Assembly (NCBI GenBank): GCA_002633005.1
Contig: NMRA01000101.1
Location: 496,001-560,000 of the forward strand
Reading direction: 5' to 3'
Source of the DNA: Phoronis australis
Taxonomy: Eukaryota; Animalia; Phoronida
DNA length: 64,000 nt
Shown: one piece after another, positions 12,501 through 24,867 of the stretch
Layout: every line of letters starts with the position of its first letter
Numbering within the stretch: the stretch's first letter is position 1
Notes under the pieces: model-generated
The model's database searches: none
Told to the model about the DNA's origin: nothing
Seen by the model: only the letters and a program-made list of their open reading frames with translations
Made by a program: the position numbers and the translations under genes

Positions 12501-14661
12501 CTGGTAATTTTACCAGGTTGCATTTGGCGAGTTGGTGCTAAATATCAAGCTTCTAGCACTCTTCATATTACAAAATAGATAAATATCATCAATCACATTA
12601 CTAAGCAATTCATGCAGAGAGTAGATACATGTTCATATTATAATATTAACACTTCTTAGAGGAGGCAGTGTGGCCTGGTTGATAAGTGCCCACTTTCTTT
12701 ACTCGAGGTCATGTGTTCGAGTCCCACCAGGTCACACTGCTAAACCCTTGAGCCAGGTTTCTAGCTCCTCAGCTCGGTTTTAAAGACATATTAATAAAGC
12801 ATAAAAATATTTCCAGGTGATCAGTGCAATGGGCCCACATGCGAGGCCTGCGCACGTCTGATACAACGTGTATCAGACTGCCTGTAATTATTTTTTTTTA
12901 ACACTTCTTATCCCATAATTGTGAAACTTGCCGCCAAAGAAGTACAGGAGCATGAAAATGAATGGAAGTAGAAGGACTCCCTCTCATTAGAGTAAGGGAC
13001 ATGTTGAGACTACTAGAAATCTATAAACGTATATGGTCCAAAACAAAACTGAGCATTTTAGACTGGTGGTAGGTTTTCAGCAGTTTTAGGCTTAGAGCAA
13101 TGCCATGTAAAATACAACAATGATGATGAATCTTACATGGGTATGACAACCAGAACTTTGCATCAAAGACTTTATATCGAAATCAAAAGGAATCCAACAA
13201 TGTATTCTTTACACACAGCAGTGACACTGGGTGCCTGGCAACGTTCTCAGATGTTACAGTAGCATGGAGCAGTGATGCATACAAGTACAACAATAACACA
13301 CGGGTTTATACCTTGGTGTTGTTCTTCTGTGGGTTCAGATGGGTCATAGGTGTTTGAGTAGTGGTAACTAAAGCCCACAGCCTGATAACCATCATTGACA
13401 GCTTCATTGAGACGCTTCAGTTCCTCTTCTACAGAGACATAAGCCACAAGATGACCAAAATGACAGTTACTCATTCCTTAATAATATCTATTCGTCAATA
13501 CAGACGGTTAGATTTAGCTAATTTACATTCCAGATGGCACATAAACCAATTGAAGCCAATGCAAGCTTTATAGGTATATTGAACAAAAATATTATTTTTA
13601 TCGCTCAACTGATAAAAAGTAAAAGGGAAATCTACCTTCATACACCGCTCTTTCCATCAGATCAGTGTGTAACTCAAGGTATCTTTCTTCATCACACAGT
13701 GCTTCTATTCTCAGCTCCTCTTCTGACAATCCACAATTAATAGGAAAGTCAGAATCATACGGACGCAGGTCAAATAAATGACCTCTGCCATCGTACCTGT
13801 AAGACACAAACTAGTTAAGACCCATACCTAAGATGCGCAACACATAACTACTTCACTTGTTTCTTCACAGCTGCAAACAAACCAAGGATCAGTTCAATGT
13901 TGAAATGAAGATATGCTTTACGTATCTTTCAAATTGGCATATTCCTAGTAAAACAAAACAAAAATGCATCAAGATGCACACATTCAACAAACAAAATCAT
14001 TTTATGGTATACGTAATGTTTTTTTTTCAATTTAAAGATGCACTCAAAATAAATAACCTCACAAAATGAGTATATTCAAAACATGACTTGCACATTTTTA
14101 TGCACTTCCATTATCTTTATACAAAGTGACAAAAGATGTTACAACCAAACACCGAAAGTAAAGGTGAATACAAGACACCTTCTGCGAACCAGTGTACAAA
14201 CCCATTATTAACATGACGTAATGACGGGCGCACGTCGGATCACGCCAGACATGGCGTAAATAACAGTGCTCAAACTAGGTCGGGGACGCATTCCGCCAGC
14301 TTGCTTGCTCACTCCGCGTGTCAGCTTTGCAAAAAATTGTCCAGGTCCAGACGAGAGTACACGGTATACCGAGTACACAAAATAAATGCCTAAATCGGGA
14401 TTGAAAGGTTAATTAATGAGAAATTCGGAAATCGGAACCTTCGTTGAAGGAAAATGGCTTGTTCGGCGGCATCACAGACCTGTCTATGGTAATGCCTTCG
14501 TTGCCCATCCAGGGAATCAAGTGACGCCCTTCATCGATGAATTGTGCCCTCTCATCATCTCTGAATAACTTGCATGTATAACCAAACACTACTAGCTCAT
14601 CTAACTCGTCTGTACGCCTGGCGTTAGGTGGATATTTAAGAACCTTATTACGCACAGCCAT
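584..14661 (-). CDS. SFSWAP: Splicing factor suppressor of white-apricot homolog (SWAP), first 9 coding exons; gene continues beyond the left edge
   Basis: Exons with GT-AG boundaries and consistent phase: 14661-14480, 13796-13636, 13428-13312, 12011-11947, 9467-9245, 6349-6264, 5432-5320, 3444-3274, 797-584. Spliced protein has [18 protein letters not shown]...[10 protein letters not shown]...[15 protein letters not shown] (DRY_EERY domain), [13 protein letters not shown]1 ([33 protein letters not shown]...NPYY), GYLHPSL and SURP2 ([17 protein letters not shown]...[17 protein letters not shown]), all matching the SWAP family. The 3' boundary of exon 9 is ambiguous (584 or 521). Confidence 0.95.
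3851..3952. repeat. Perfect tandem duplication of about 47 bp
   Basis: AAAGAATCTTGAGGAAGGCTGCCCAAGTAAAGAGACAATACTCTCCA twice. Confidence 0.9.
4764..5157. mobile_element. Degenerate foldback MITE in SFSWAP intron 7
   Basis: CCAGATGTTC at about 4766 and GAACATCTGG at about 5144, with further imperfect internal symmetry. Confidence 0.4.
7245..8680 (+). mobile_element. Non-autonomous Helentron-associated (HINE/DINE-like) element with internal tandem repeats
   Basis: Starts AACAAGAGCAACGCAGAGCGTTGAAATGCGCCCAC; internal ~145 bp repeats; ends with hairpin ATGCGTCCACATATAAATATGTGGGCGCAT followed by an A-run. A closely related copy lies at 33502-34715. More degenerate pieces continue to about 9226. 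Confidence 0.75.
12660..12899 (+). mobile_element. tRNA-derived SINE
   Basis: A-box-like TGGCCTGGTTG and B-box GTTCGAGTCC in a tRNA-like head; the 3' half (ATTAATAAAGCATAAA...CCAGGTGATCAGTGCAATGGGCCCACA...CGTCTGATACAACGTGTA) recurs at about 32896-33005; ends in a T-rich run. Confidence 0.65.
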
Positions 14662-14966
14662 GCTAAATTACATTCGGCAAAATGGAGGATGTGCTTTGGG
14701 TCAGTATAGAATTCAAAACTTCCGGTGGCCAAAGAGCAAACAACAAGCCGTGTTTTCCATTACAAACACACATAAAGTAAAATTTGTACAACAAATGTAC
14801 AAAAATCAAAGTTTTAACAGAATTTGAAACTCATGGTTCATTTTTATTTGTCATTATTTCGTAAAAATAAGTAGTAGTGTTATTAAACAACCTGTCTCAC
14901 CAAAATCGACCAGCCCACATGACGTCATTTACAAAGGGATATCCCGTAAACCCTGTGAACAAGAAC
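14662..14966. promoter_or_regulatory. Bidirectional promoter and 5' UTRs between SFSWAP and TMEM199
   Basis: Divergent ATGs at 14661(-) and 14967(+). Contains CTTCCGG (ETS-type, about 14719), AAAATGGAGG (YY1-like, about 14679) and a palindromic ATGACGTCAT CRE (about 14919). Confidence 0.7.
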
Positions 14967-17900
14967 ATGGAAGGAAATTGCTGTGTTGTGCTGACGGAAA
15001 AAATTAGTCAGAATGTGGCTGAAATAACGAATAACAGTGATGTTCCCGAATCAGTTAAAGACGAATTCCGTGAATTCCTAGCAGAACATGTCAAGAAGGA
15101 CGAAACAAAAACTTTAATTCCATTTAAACACGTGGTGAAGCTTCACGAATTGCTTCGGAAGTTTTGTGGTAGGGCCTACTTACAGTATTTGTGATTGGAA
15201 GTGTGGGAGACTAGATATTGTGGTAGACATATGCTTACTGAGCGAAGCTAAGGGATATGCAAATATTTTACAAAATGAATATGACTTGAAAAATTGATGC
15301 TTTTATTAACATATGGAAACTAATTAACAATAAGATAGTACACCTACCTAGGCAGTGACCACCGTCTCCAGTTCGACAGTTGAACTACAGACGGTATAGC
15401 TTCTACATAGGCGCTTTATATACGCCAGAAACTTTTCAGCGAATTATGCCTCATGCCTGGGAACCAGGTTCCTAGCTCACACTAAAACATCAAAGGCACG
15501 CATTGTTATATATGACTTGTGTACTTGGCTTATACCTAGTAGTATGTATTGGTCCATTACTAATTAGCTTAAACCTAGCCCTAGGAGTATATTTGGTAAA
15601 ATCATTTTGTATACATAAAGAACATTGATCACTTAGCGCCAACTTTTTAGCTAATCAGTACCTGTTGTTTGCTGTACTTCACTATAGTACTTAGCTCTAA
15701 CAACATCTTTTTCATTAGACTCTTTGTTTTTGCCCATTTAATTTGCATTGAATTTAGAGTGGCAGTAATCCCTTCAAGCAACTGACTTTTGATTTTGGCT
15801 GCTTATTGATTACAAATTGTCCCTGTAGAGGCAAATTTGAAGTAATTTAAGACTTCCTAAGAACTGGCAGATAATTATTGGTTAACATAACGTAAAATTT
15901 CCGTGAGGACTTGACAGGGACCTCAATATAGGGTTTCACACTCCACTGATTTATCCACATTATTTTGAAAACGCTTTGCCCAGTCACACATTGTGTGTCA
16001 TAAAAGAGATAAGCATACCTGCAGCTGACGCAGCAAGTAGAACTTAACTCTCGTTTATCGCATTGGTGTAGACTCACAGTTGAACTGTGGTTTTCTGTAG
16101 ACCCCAGACCGTCCCGACTTGCACCATATACCAACTCTGGACGGTCTCTCACGATGATTAAGCGTTATGAGATCAGGCTTTACAGGCTTTGCTTGTGATG
16201 CATTCGTAACACATCAGATATTTTCAGCCATAAGTTATCCCGTGGAGGTTTTTCATATCTGAACAATCGAAAAAGCAAATGAATATGGTCAATCTATGGC
16301 CTGCGTGCATCCTGAGGTACGGTTGGGTCACTGTTTAAGCCACCCCTGTGATTGTAAGTTTTTCCCTGCATAATTGAGGGAAATTTCTCCATTTTAATAG
16401 TCTCGTGCTGAATTTCTGTTCTGATCGCAATTTGTACATGCGCACATATGAAACACCCCTGAGGGCATTTGGAACACCTCGTGTATTTTTGCAGTCTTAA
16501 ATTTTCTCTGAAAGGGGTTTCATATCTGCATGTGCGTACTTCAATCATTGTAGCAAAGGGATTTGGTCAAGCGACAGCTAAAATCAGGCTTCAGCCTATA
16601 GCAGGTCTCAAAAATCGTGCATGATGGTCATTCACAATGGTTCGATTGACTCTTGATGTATTTTTAAGCCTGTTATCATGGAGTATCCTGGGGCATTCGA
16701 TGGCATTCTCCATTTTGAGAGTCACCCATGACTAGTTCTAAGAATTAAAGTTTGCACATGCAGAGAATATTAAGTACCTCTGAGGGATAATTGCATGTGT
16801 GCACCCAGGAGGGGGGGGGGCTCGCTGGCTCAAACGAGCCCTCCCATTTTGCGATGTGGACATAAAAGTCTGCCTCAGAGAAGAACTCCAAAAAAAAGTA
16901 GAAAAGAGACAAAAGTCCACTAAAAAGGCAAGGACTACCAAAATTCGACGAGTGATCAATTCATAGCTCTGAACCTATCCCGTGAATCTCAGTAAAAGGT
17001 CCACATTCTCAAAATTTTCGAAACCCCATCTTTTAGGCTAGGTGCGCACATGAATCGGAGATTACGAAAATACCCTAAGTGTTTCAGTTGTTGTCGCAGC
17101 ATGCCATTTTATGTACCAACCGAAGTCTCATGGAATAAGGATCTATGAATTCTTTGCAGACCCAGAACTCACTTCTCACATGAGTAAAGAACAAGTTGAG
17201 ACCTGTTTTATAGCTGTACTTGTCTACTGAGTGGCCTAAATCAAAAGTTCGCTTTTTGATCAGAACATGGGTGTGTTGCTGCTCCTCAAATTAGTACTGA
17301 TCAATTTCTGCTTCAGGAAAGTCATGTTATTTACATGAACTGCTGCTGGGAAGCGAGCTCTATTTGTCATCACCTGAACAACCTAAAAGGGTATGTAGAG
17401 TGATGTGACAGTAATAATGAATTAAGACTAGGCAGTGGTGTGGTGAATGATTGTTTTAAGAAAAAGGGTGCAGTGGCTGGGGGATTAAAAATTGGTTTTG
17501 ATAACTAAGGCACCTGTGACAGTTTCTTTCAAACAGTATTTAGTTAACTTTTGCAGATACATTAATAACTCACTCTTTGTGTTGCAGAATCCTGAACTTG
17601 AAGAAAGGATACAGAAACTAAAAATTGAACAAGAAAATAGACAGTATGAACAAATGACTAAAAACGTGCACCGTCAGGTATCACAGTTATGTTAATCTTG
17701 AAACACATTGCTGTTACGACCCTGGTGCAACATTCTATCTTGATTTGGTATTATGGTTTTAGTGTGTGGCGTCTAGAGTCAGTCTGGATTATGGTATTAT
17801 GGTCTATGGTTGGGGTGTCCGGCGTCTGGAGTCAGTCTAGAATATGGTATTATGGTCTATGGTTGGTGTGTCTGGTGTCTGGAGTCAGTTTAGAATATGT

Positions 17901-20202
17901 ATGGTCTATGGTTGGTGTGTCCGGCGTCTGGAGTCAGTCTAGAATATGGTATTATGGTCTATGGTTGGGGTGTCCGGCATCTGGAGTCACTCTGGATTAT
18001 GGTATTATGGTCTATGGTCTGAGTGTCCAGTGTCTGGAGTCAGTGTGGATTATGGGATTTGGTCTGTGGTCTGAATGTCCTTAATTCCTGTTCATATGGT
18101 TTCTGGAACATTAAGAGTTGCAATCCTGCTGTGAGCCTAGGAAGAAGTGTCTCCATCATTGAGCTCAGTGAAAACTGTTGCCACTGCTCAACTCAAGTAG
18201 CAGCAAAATTCATTAAATACACATCTTAAAAAACTTAGTTGAATGTGCGTCATACAATATCATATGATATACAATGTATGTGATGATGACAGTGGATGAT
18301 ATCGTGATTCGTGATCTAATATCCTGCTGTTATCAGGTTCCTTTGGTGAAGCGCTATTATTGTCTAGAAATTTTTCATTTACTTTAATCATAGGCCTCGT
18401 TTGAATTTGGAAAGACTTATGCTACTTTGTCTTCTCTTTGGTTTTAGCTAATATATAATCAGCTACTACAGTGACTATGGTTTTCTTTCTGGTTTTGGAT
18501 GTTTGCTCAATATATTGGGTTCCAGCTTTATTTTATTTCAGGAAAAACATAGTCACAGTGATTTAAAGACATTTGGTCAAGAAAGTAAGTATTCGACACC
18601 ACAGTGTTGTTTATAATGCAGAATTCCTGGGCAGAAATTTCTGTGCATGATACAACAAAGGGCTGAAATGCAATGGAATACATACATGTATATCAATTTT
18701 TAAGCTGAAATGATGGAAATCCAGGCGCAGAAAAAATATGCAACTTTTCAGGCACAAAAAAGGAATGAGTGGAAATTCCCTTTTTAAAATGGAAAGTGTT
18801 TATAGTAATCAAATATTTTGCTATACTCTGCTCATCTGTACATAGCACATGGCTATCATTCATCTTGTATAAGGAGCCATTTCCTTTGGATTCAACGTAT
18901 TCTGTACTCCAGTTGGCCATTTTTGCATTTTGCCATCCGCCTCACTCAATGCCAAAGTGCTTCATGGATGCTCATGAAGTTTTCAGCTGTGTTCCTATTG
19001 AGATAATCACAAGACATATAAATCTTTGGATGGGTTCTGCTTCTGGGGTGCCCCCTAGTGTCAATTTTTGTCTATGCCTCAATATCTACCAAGCTCCTTG
19101 GTTGGTCTTCATGAAACTCTAGTATTTTTATGTATTCTAGTTTAGGAGAACATGCTTCGCATTGATTTTGTGACAAGGCCAACTACTGTAGCATCACTTA
19201 GTGGCTATTCATGTCTTCTTTGCATATGGCTCTGTCTTCCAAGTTCCTTGGTGGATGTTCACAAAATTTGGCAAATAAGTTTCAGTCAAGAAGACGACAG
19301 CGCCTGCCTTTGCACCTGACTCATTCTGGGCGCCCCCTAGTGTACTATTTATTTTATATAATGTTAAAGAACATCTCTAGAAGCATGATATTATGGGCAC
19401 AGTTCAACGCTTTTCATTGGTCTTGTTTTTATAGTGAAAGAAGTCAACAAACAGCTGATGGCAATAGTCAATGTCCTTATAACTGTCGGTGGGGCTTTTG
19501 CATTTGGATTCATTGGCTCTGATATCATGGCCAACAGCTCTATGCAGACGGTAAGTGTGTGTCTCAAGGGTACAAAATAATCTTTCTAATGGATCTTAAT
19601 GAAGCTTAAAAGTATGGACATAAGTCAATGAGCAATTGTAACTGTTACAGGGTGCGTCCTAACTGTGTTTACCCTAAATATCCGTACTCAGGCCAGATCT
19701 CTAGTTGATCCAATGATGGCCAGCCATGTCAATACTCAGGACGGACCTCTAGAAAATCTAATGATGGCCACCCATGTCAATACTCAGGGCAGAGTTCTAG
19801 TAAATCTAATGTTGGCCAGCCTTGTCAATACTCAGGGCAGACTTCTAGTATATCTAATGATGGTCAGCCTGTCTATACTTGGGGCAGATCTCATGTCAGT
19901 GCTTACAAGATGGTGAGATCAACATCTGTAACAATAGCCTGACGTAAATATTGTGGGACCAGAATCTATACTAATAAGTAGCCGGGAGCTGTAAATTGCT
20001 TCCAACCAGATACAGGATTAGATGATGTGTTGCTTGTCTGTTTTATAATTGGATAATATGTGTCTAGTATTTGATAATTCTTCAAATCATACATAGAAGA
20101 ATAATGTGCTCATTCCTCTTGCAGAGAATAGTCACTGGATCTGTCATGGCATTCATAGTGTTCATAGCAGACATGTACTTCCTGGTCAAGAATGAACTTT
20201 GA
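14967..20202 (+). CDS. TMEM199: Transmembrane protein 199 / V-ATPase assembly factor Vma12 homolog (6 exons)
   Basis: Exons 14967-15168, 17317-17390, 17588-17677, 18542-18584, 19435-19550, 20125-20202, all GT-AG and in phase. Protein contains IPFKHV, YLHELLLGSELYL...PKRNPELEERIQKLKIEQENRQYEQMTKNV, and two hydrophobic helices (QLMAIVNVLITVGGAFAFGFIG; RIVTGSVMAFIVFIADMYFLV), the Vma12/TMEM199 signature. AATAAA at about 20901. Confidence 0.93.
17745..18075. repeat. Minisatellite, ~53 bp unit, about 6 copies (TMEM199 intron 3)
   Basis: Unit TATGGTATTATGGTCTATGGTTGGTGTGTCCGGCGTCTGGAGTCAGTCTAGAA. Confidence 0.9.
18860..19427 (-). mobile_element. Degenerate HINE-like element in TMEM199 intron 4 (left boundary approximate)
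   Basis: Reverse complement of 19394-19427 (AACAAGACCAATGAAAAGCGTTGAACTGTGCCCA) resembles the HINE 5' end; internal GTGCCCCCTAGTG (about 19048) and GCGCCCCCTAGTG (about 19330) are the family's motif in reverse. Confidence 0.6.
19676..19895. repeat. Minisatellite, 48 bp unit, about 4.5 copies (TMEM199 intron 5)
   Basis: Unit approximately AATACTCAGGGCAGA(G/C)TTCTAGTAAATCTAATGATGGCCAGCCATGTC. Confidence 0.85.
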
Positions 20203-21284
20203 CCTGCCAAACAATTGCTCCAGACATGAAGGAACCGTGTCTCAAAGTGCAGCCAAGTGCTGTCATTTACCATCTAATTGAATCAGCCATAGTGGCCGGT
20301 GCTTGAAGTGTCTATTCATTTTAATTCCTAATTTAACTTCTTGGTGGATTAATGCAGAACTAGGTGGAAGTTGTAAAATTGTGAGTTACCTGTTATGATC
20401 CACGAATCAAATAGGACTTATAAATGTCACTGTTCAAGGATTCCTTTCATTCCATTGTATATCCCGCAACCACTGTATGTACTGTGGTCAGTGGTACATT
20501 TAGGTTATTCAGCAGCATAACGAGGCATACATGTAAACCTAGAGATCCTGCAAGATTGGCATGCTTGGAAGTTGTGCAGGGTCTGAAGACCAGCTAGATT
20601 AGGTTTGAAAAACAGACTGCTATTTTGTGTTTTATACCACATTGCAAAATCTGATTTATACTGCATGGTATTGATACTGACGCACTTGAAGTCTGTAGTC
20701 GGGTGGTTAGGATATATGCAGGGATATCAGTGCATTTCGTGAATAGACTGGATGATGCACAGTCGACCAATTAACTGGCCAGGTAACCACAATTGCGATA
20801 AGACACTATCTGAGTACTTTGAAATGTTATAAGCATGTCAACCACTACACTGCTTTTTGCACAGTGTTTGTAATAACAAATTTAAATATTATGTACTGAA
20901 AATAAATAAATTCTTAAATAAACTTGAAGTGGTTTCATGGTAACTAAGTAAGTGAAAGTTTCTTTTCAATTTACACCATTTAGTAGTAAATTGTTCTCTA
21001 CATGGTGTAAACCAAAAAGAAACTTTCAATTAAATTCTTGTCAATGATATTTTTTTTCATTTTATGGAAATGTACATCCTATTTCATCCTAACTCTCATA
21101 TCACTGCATATCACGATATTAATGTTTAGAGGAGTGATACCACAGATAAGGTCTGCCATCTGACGCGTGGTATGTATATGGTAAGGCCAAATTGGTCCCT
21201 CTCTCTAAGAAGGTGTTCTATTAATTAGATCTTTTTAGACATTTGGTATGTTATGGTGCAGTGGTACAGCTTTCATTTGGTATA

Positions 21285-22061
21285 TCAGGTGTCCCAAAAA
21301 GTGAGCAATTTTGACAAGTAATTTCTCAGCAATTGACCAACAGAATTCGTATAAAATTTTCACAATGTATCTTCAGGGTGTAATCAACGAGTCTATAAAG
21401 TTGGTCAGAGAAGTTGGAAAGGAAAAACAAATATTCAATTTATTGACACGTATAGAGCCAAAGTTAAGTCAACGCTACATGCATTTATGGGATGAAAATC
21501 TTTTCCGAGATTGCAGGCGACTTTATCCTGGAAACAGTCACGTGTTTCAGCAAGATGTGGCTCCTTCACACACGAGCACGATAATTCAGGCTCATCAAAA
21601 TTCACCAAAAAGGATGAGATGCCTCTGCTCAGGCATGACTGCAATCCAATGGACTATTTCAATTAGGACACTCTGAAGGAGACAGTTAACCGGGGAATGA
21701 GAGACAAATTGACTGAGCAGGAGTTAAAAGACAGGATAGTTATGTCATGGGAGAAAACCTCATGGGAAGAAATACGGAAAAGCATTTCTGGTTGGAAGAA
21801 ACGGCTCCGTTTAGTCGTGAAGGAAGATAGCGGCCACATTAAGTATAGACTGATATAAGCGGGCTTCCCTTCCATGTTTTATTTTTTGATCTGTTTTTAA
21901 TTTGACAGTACTCGCACAATTGGACACAGGTCTCTTTGATAATTTTCAAATTTGTTTACGATATCCTAAGGTTCATCTGTAAGAAAATTTAAAAAAAATT
22001 CGGCTAAACTGTTGCCGAGAAATTACTTGTCAAAGAGTGGCTCACTTTTTGGGACACCGAA
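21285..22061 (+). mobile_element. Internally deleted, decayed Tc1/mariner-superfamily transposon (DD..D type, maT-like)
   Basis: ~50 bp imperfect terminal inverted repeats (TIRs) (TCAGGTGTCCCAAAAAGTGAGC...TTTGACAAGTAATTTCTC / GAGAAATTACTTGTCAAA...GCTCACTTTTTGGGACACCGAA) flanked by TA. Transposase remnants FQQDVAPSHTS and, after a frameshift, DCNPMDYFN*DTLKETV...ELKDRIVMSW...IRKSISGWKKRLRLVVKEDSGHI. Confidence 0.9.
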
Positions 22062-22423
22062 TATAATGTACCGGTATTACTGCTGCAATTTGTTTTGGGT
22101 AGCGCACTGTTTGGGAACAGATCACCTAGAGCCGTGGATATGCAGCCTTTGAGGTGAATGAAAAGACACTGTTGGCTGCCGACAGGCATGCGCGAATGTG
22201 ATAAAAGGGAGACCCAGGTAAAAAGTATTAATACGTGTATGATGCCGTTCGGATGTGTGAGTCACAAGAAAACTGTCAACACATCTCTTCGTAATTTCCT
22301 TGGCGACTCCGAGGGGCTCAGTGCTTAAATGAGAGAAGGGATATAGCTTGGGATAAGTAATGACCAAAATTGGATCACAGATGAAAAGGGGTTGGACCCA
22401 GTCTCCAGATACGAGAAGTTACC

Positions 22424-22662
22424 CAGGGCTTGGAATTTTCCTCTTTTAAGAGGATCTCGTTTTCAGTTTCGATTTTCTCTTATTAGCTTTCCAATCCTGT
22501 TTCCTCTTTTTTGTCTTTATTTATCATTATTTTGACTTTATTTATGCAAAAACGTTTATTTTTCTCTATATTTTACAACATACTTCTATCACACAAACCT
22601 ATTTGTGGAACGATACATCACCTGGAAAATTTTCCTCTTTTTTGTCGTTATCCCAAGCCCTG
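22424..22662. mobile_element. MITE with 10 bp TIRs and 5 bp direct flanking repeat
   Basis: CAGGGCTTGG ... CCAAGCCCTG, flanked on both sides by TTACC. Confidence 0.7.
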
Positions 22663-23961
22663 TTACCACCCCCTCTTCAATAATCAAAATATAAAAAGTT
22701 GTGTATTGTTAGCAGTAGTCGCTTGAATTAACAATAGATATGTTTGGTGCTTTGTAACTGTATATATCACTTCAATGCCTGATGTATATGAATACTATAC
22801 ATTTATACTCAATGGCATTGCCGCGCCAAGTTACTGAATGATAATTTGTTCAGATAAATTGTTATCACGTTCTACACATATTTTCGCCTTGTAGACTGCC
22901 GTGCAGAAATTGTACTTGTGCGAGCTCGAATTCAAATAAACAGTTAAATTACGTATCTACGTGAAAACATTCCAGGCACCTTTTTCACCAGAACGCCGTA
23001 TTTTACTGGTTTTCAGGGTTTAAGCGGAGACCAAACGGTCACTTTTGGTGCAAGTCTCCACTCGATGCCTAAACACGTGGTAAAGTTATGACATTGTGAA
23101 ACAGGCCCCAAGTGTTGGGACTGATGGACTTGGTGATCATGAGAATTAACTCATTATCTGAGTGGACGGGCATGATGCAAGAAACCCTTACCTGCAAGAT
23201 TTTTTAAAACGTTGGCAATATTCTAATATTGGCAAGCTTTTCAAAAATATTGGTGAGATTTTTTCGAATTTTCCGTACATTTGGAGTGAAAATATGTTGT
23301 TTTTGGAGGTGTCCGACAGTGTACACTGTCAGCGATGTTCCACTTAATGCCCCTGATTTAGTTAGCTATCGGCTTGGAATGACCAATGAAAATTTTCCAG
23401 GTGGTGTTTTGTTCCACGAATAAATAGGCTTGTGTGATAGAAATATTTTTTACTTAGATTAAGTCAAAATAATGATATAAAGGGAAAAATGGAAATCAAA
23501 TAAGACGGAATTGAAACCAAGAAAAAGGAAATCATCTTAAAAGAGCAAAATAATATCGACCTCAGCTGTATGTCTGCAATATGGTCTTCTCATACCAAGG
23601 TATACTCCTTAGTGCCATCTCGAAAACTGGAAACCCACTAATTGCTTCGGCTTAGTGTTGTACAGTCCAAGAAATAATCCCTGGGCCGTGACGCATAAGA
23701 CATTTTGACCAAAGTCACCCTTCCCTTGCCAAATGAAGTTCCGAGAAAGAATTTTGGTGCGGCAAGACCTAACCGCGATGGCACTCATGATGAAGCAGCC
23801 GCGTCCAATTCCATTGATGAGACCGATTCCCCAGTCCCAGTAGTGAATACACGACAACTTATGTTTAATCTATTTATTTTAATCTAGCAGTAACATTCCC
23901 TTACTTTGCCCCATATTGCAACAAAACAGTCGCCCTAGATGGTCTCCTAAAATCAGTTTAA

Positions 23962-24029
23962 CGTGGGCGGCGCAGCACTGAAAAAAGTGGGGGCTATAGC
24001 CCCATCCCCCCTATGGCACGCCGCCCATG
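23962..24029. mobile_element. ~68 bp micro-MITE (family also at about 33421, 34711, 42587, 42665)
   Basis: CGTGGGCGGCG ... CGCCGCCCATG termini around CAGCACTGAAAAAAGTGGGGGCTATAGCCCC; TTAA on both flanks of this copy. Confidence 0.65.
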
Positions 24030-24867
24030 TTAAATGGTACATGTATGCCTGCCACCGTATAATAGTAGTCTAGATATGTTAAAGGTAACTGAGGTTACCA
24101 TCAATACATAATCATGAAATACGTGTTAAACTACATTTTTACAATTTGATTCGGTAGTCATGGAAACCTGTTCACGACCGTATGAAGTGCATCAAGTTAA
24201 ACATAATATGTACACATTCTAACAAGACACGTTTCATTGAAATTGGTTTAGTGGACATATGTACTTAGTTCAACAAAATTAACATTATGCGTAATACTGT
24301 AAAATGTCCAAATGGCTGAACTCAGTCGATTGAGATTTTTAGATAGTGCTATACTTATTCACAAGTGAAATCCAAAACCGTGTTTAATTTAGCCACGGGA
24401 GTTCATGAAATCGAGACATTTTGAATTTTTATGAAAAACCAGTTGTATGAAACTAAAGGACAATTTATCTTAGAAAATTAATAGCGCATTTGTGATTTCA
24501 TCTTGCATATTTACATCAAATTATATTTGGATATTTTGTTTATGTAGGTCTACCGTTCTTTTTGCTCAGTGATTTTAAAAAGATGTGATTTCATGATACA
24601 ATTGGTGGCTGAAACAAAGTCAAAAATCAATTCTACAATCTTTTTACATTCAGAAAATATACACAGTAGTTTTACGGAGTTAAAGTTTATAGTTATCCAG
24701 ATATTTAACTTAATGCACAGGAAGTGCGGTTTTTTCAAGGCGCAAAATGAATTAATTTTTCCTCCTAGTTGGAGAAATCTCCCCTCATTTCGTCAAAATA
24801 TAATTACAGTCAGCTTATAAACTTGTATGGTGGCATATTTTTGTTGTCCTTCCAAGTCAGAGTCGAG

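Noticed and set aside
17689-18084. 131 aa W/Y/G-rich ORF
   Set aside because: Translation of the 53 bp intronic minisatellite; the unit is not a multiple of 3 and there is no splice support.
19665-19916. 83 aa ORF with 16 aa repeats
   Set aside because: Arises from the 48 bp minisatellite inside TMEM199 intron 5.
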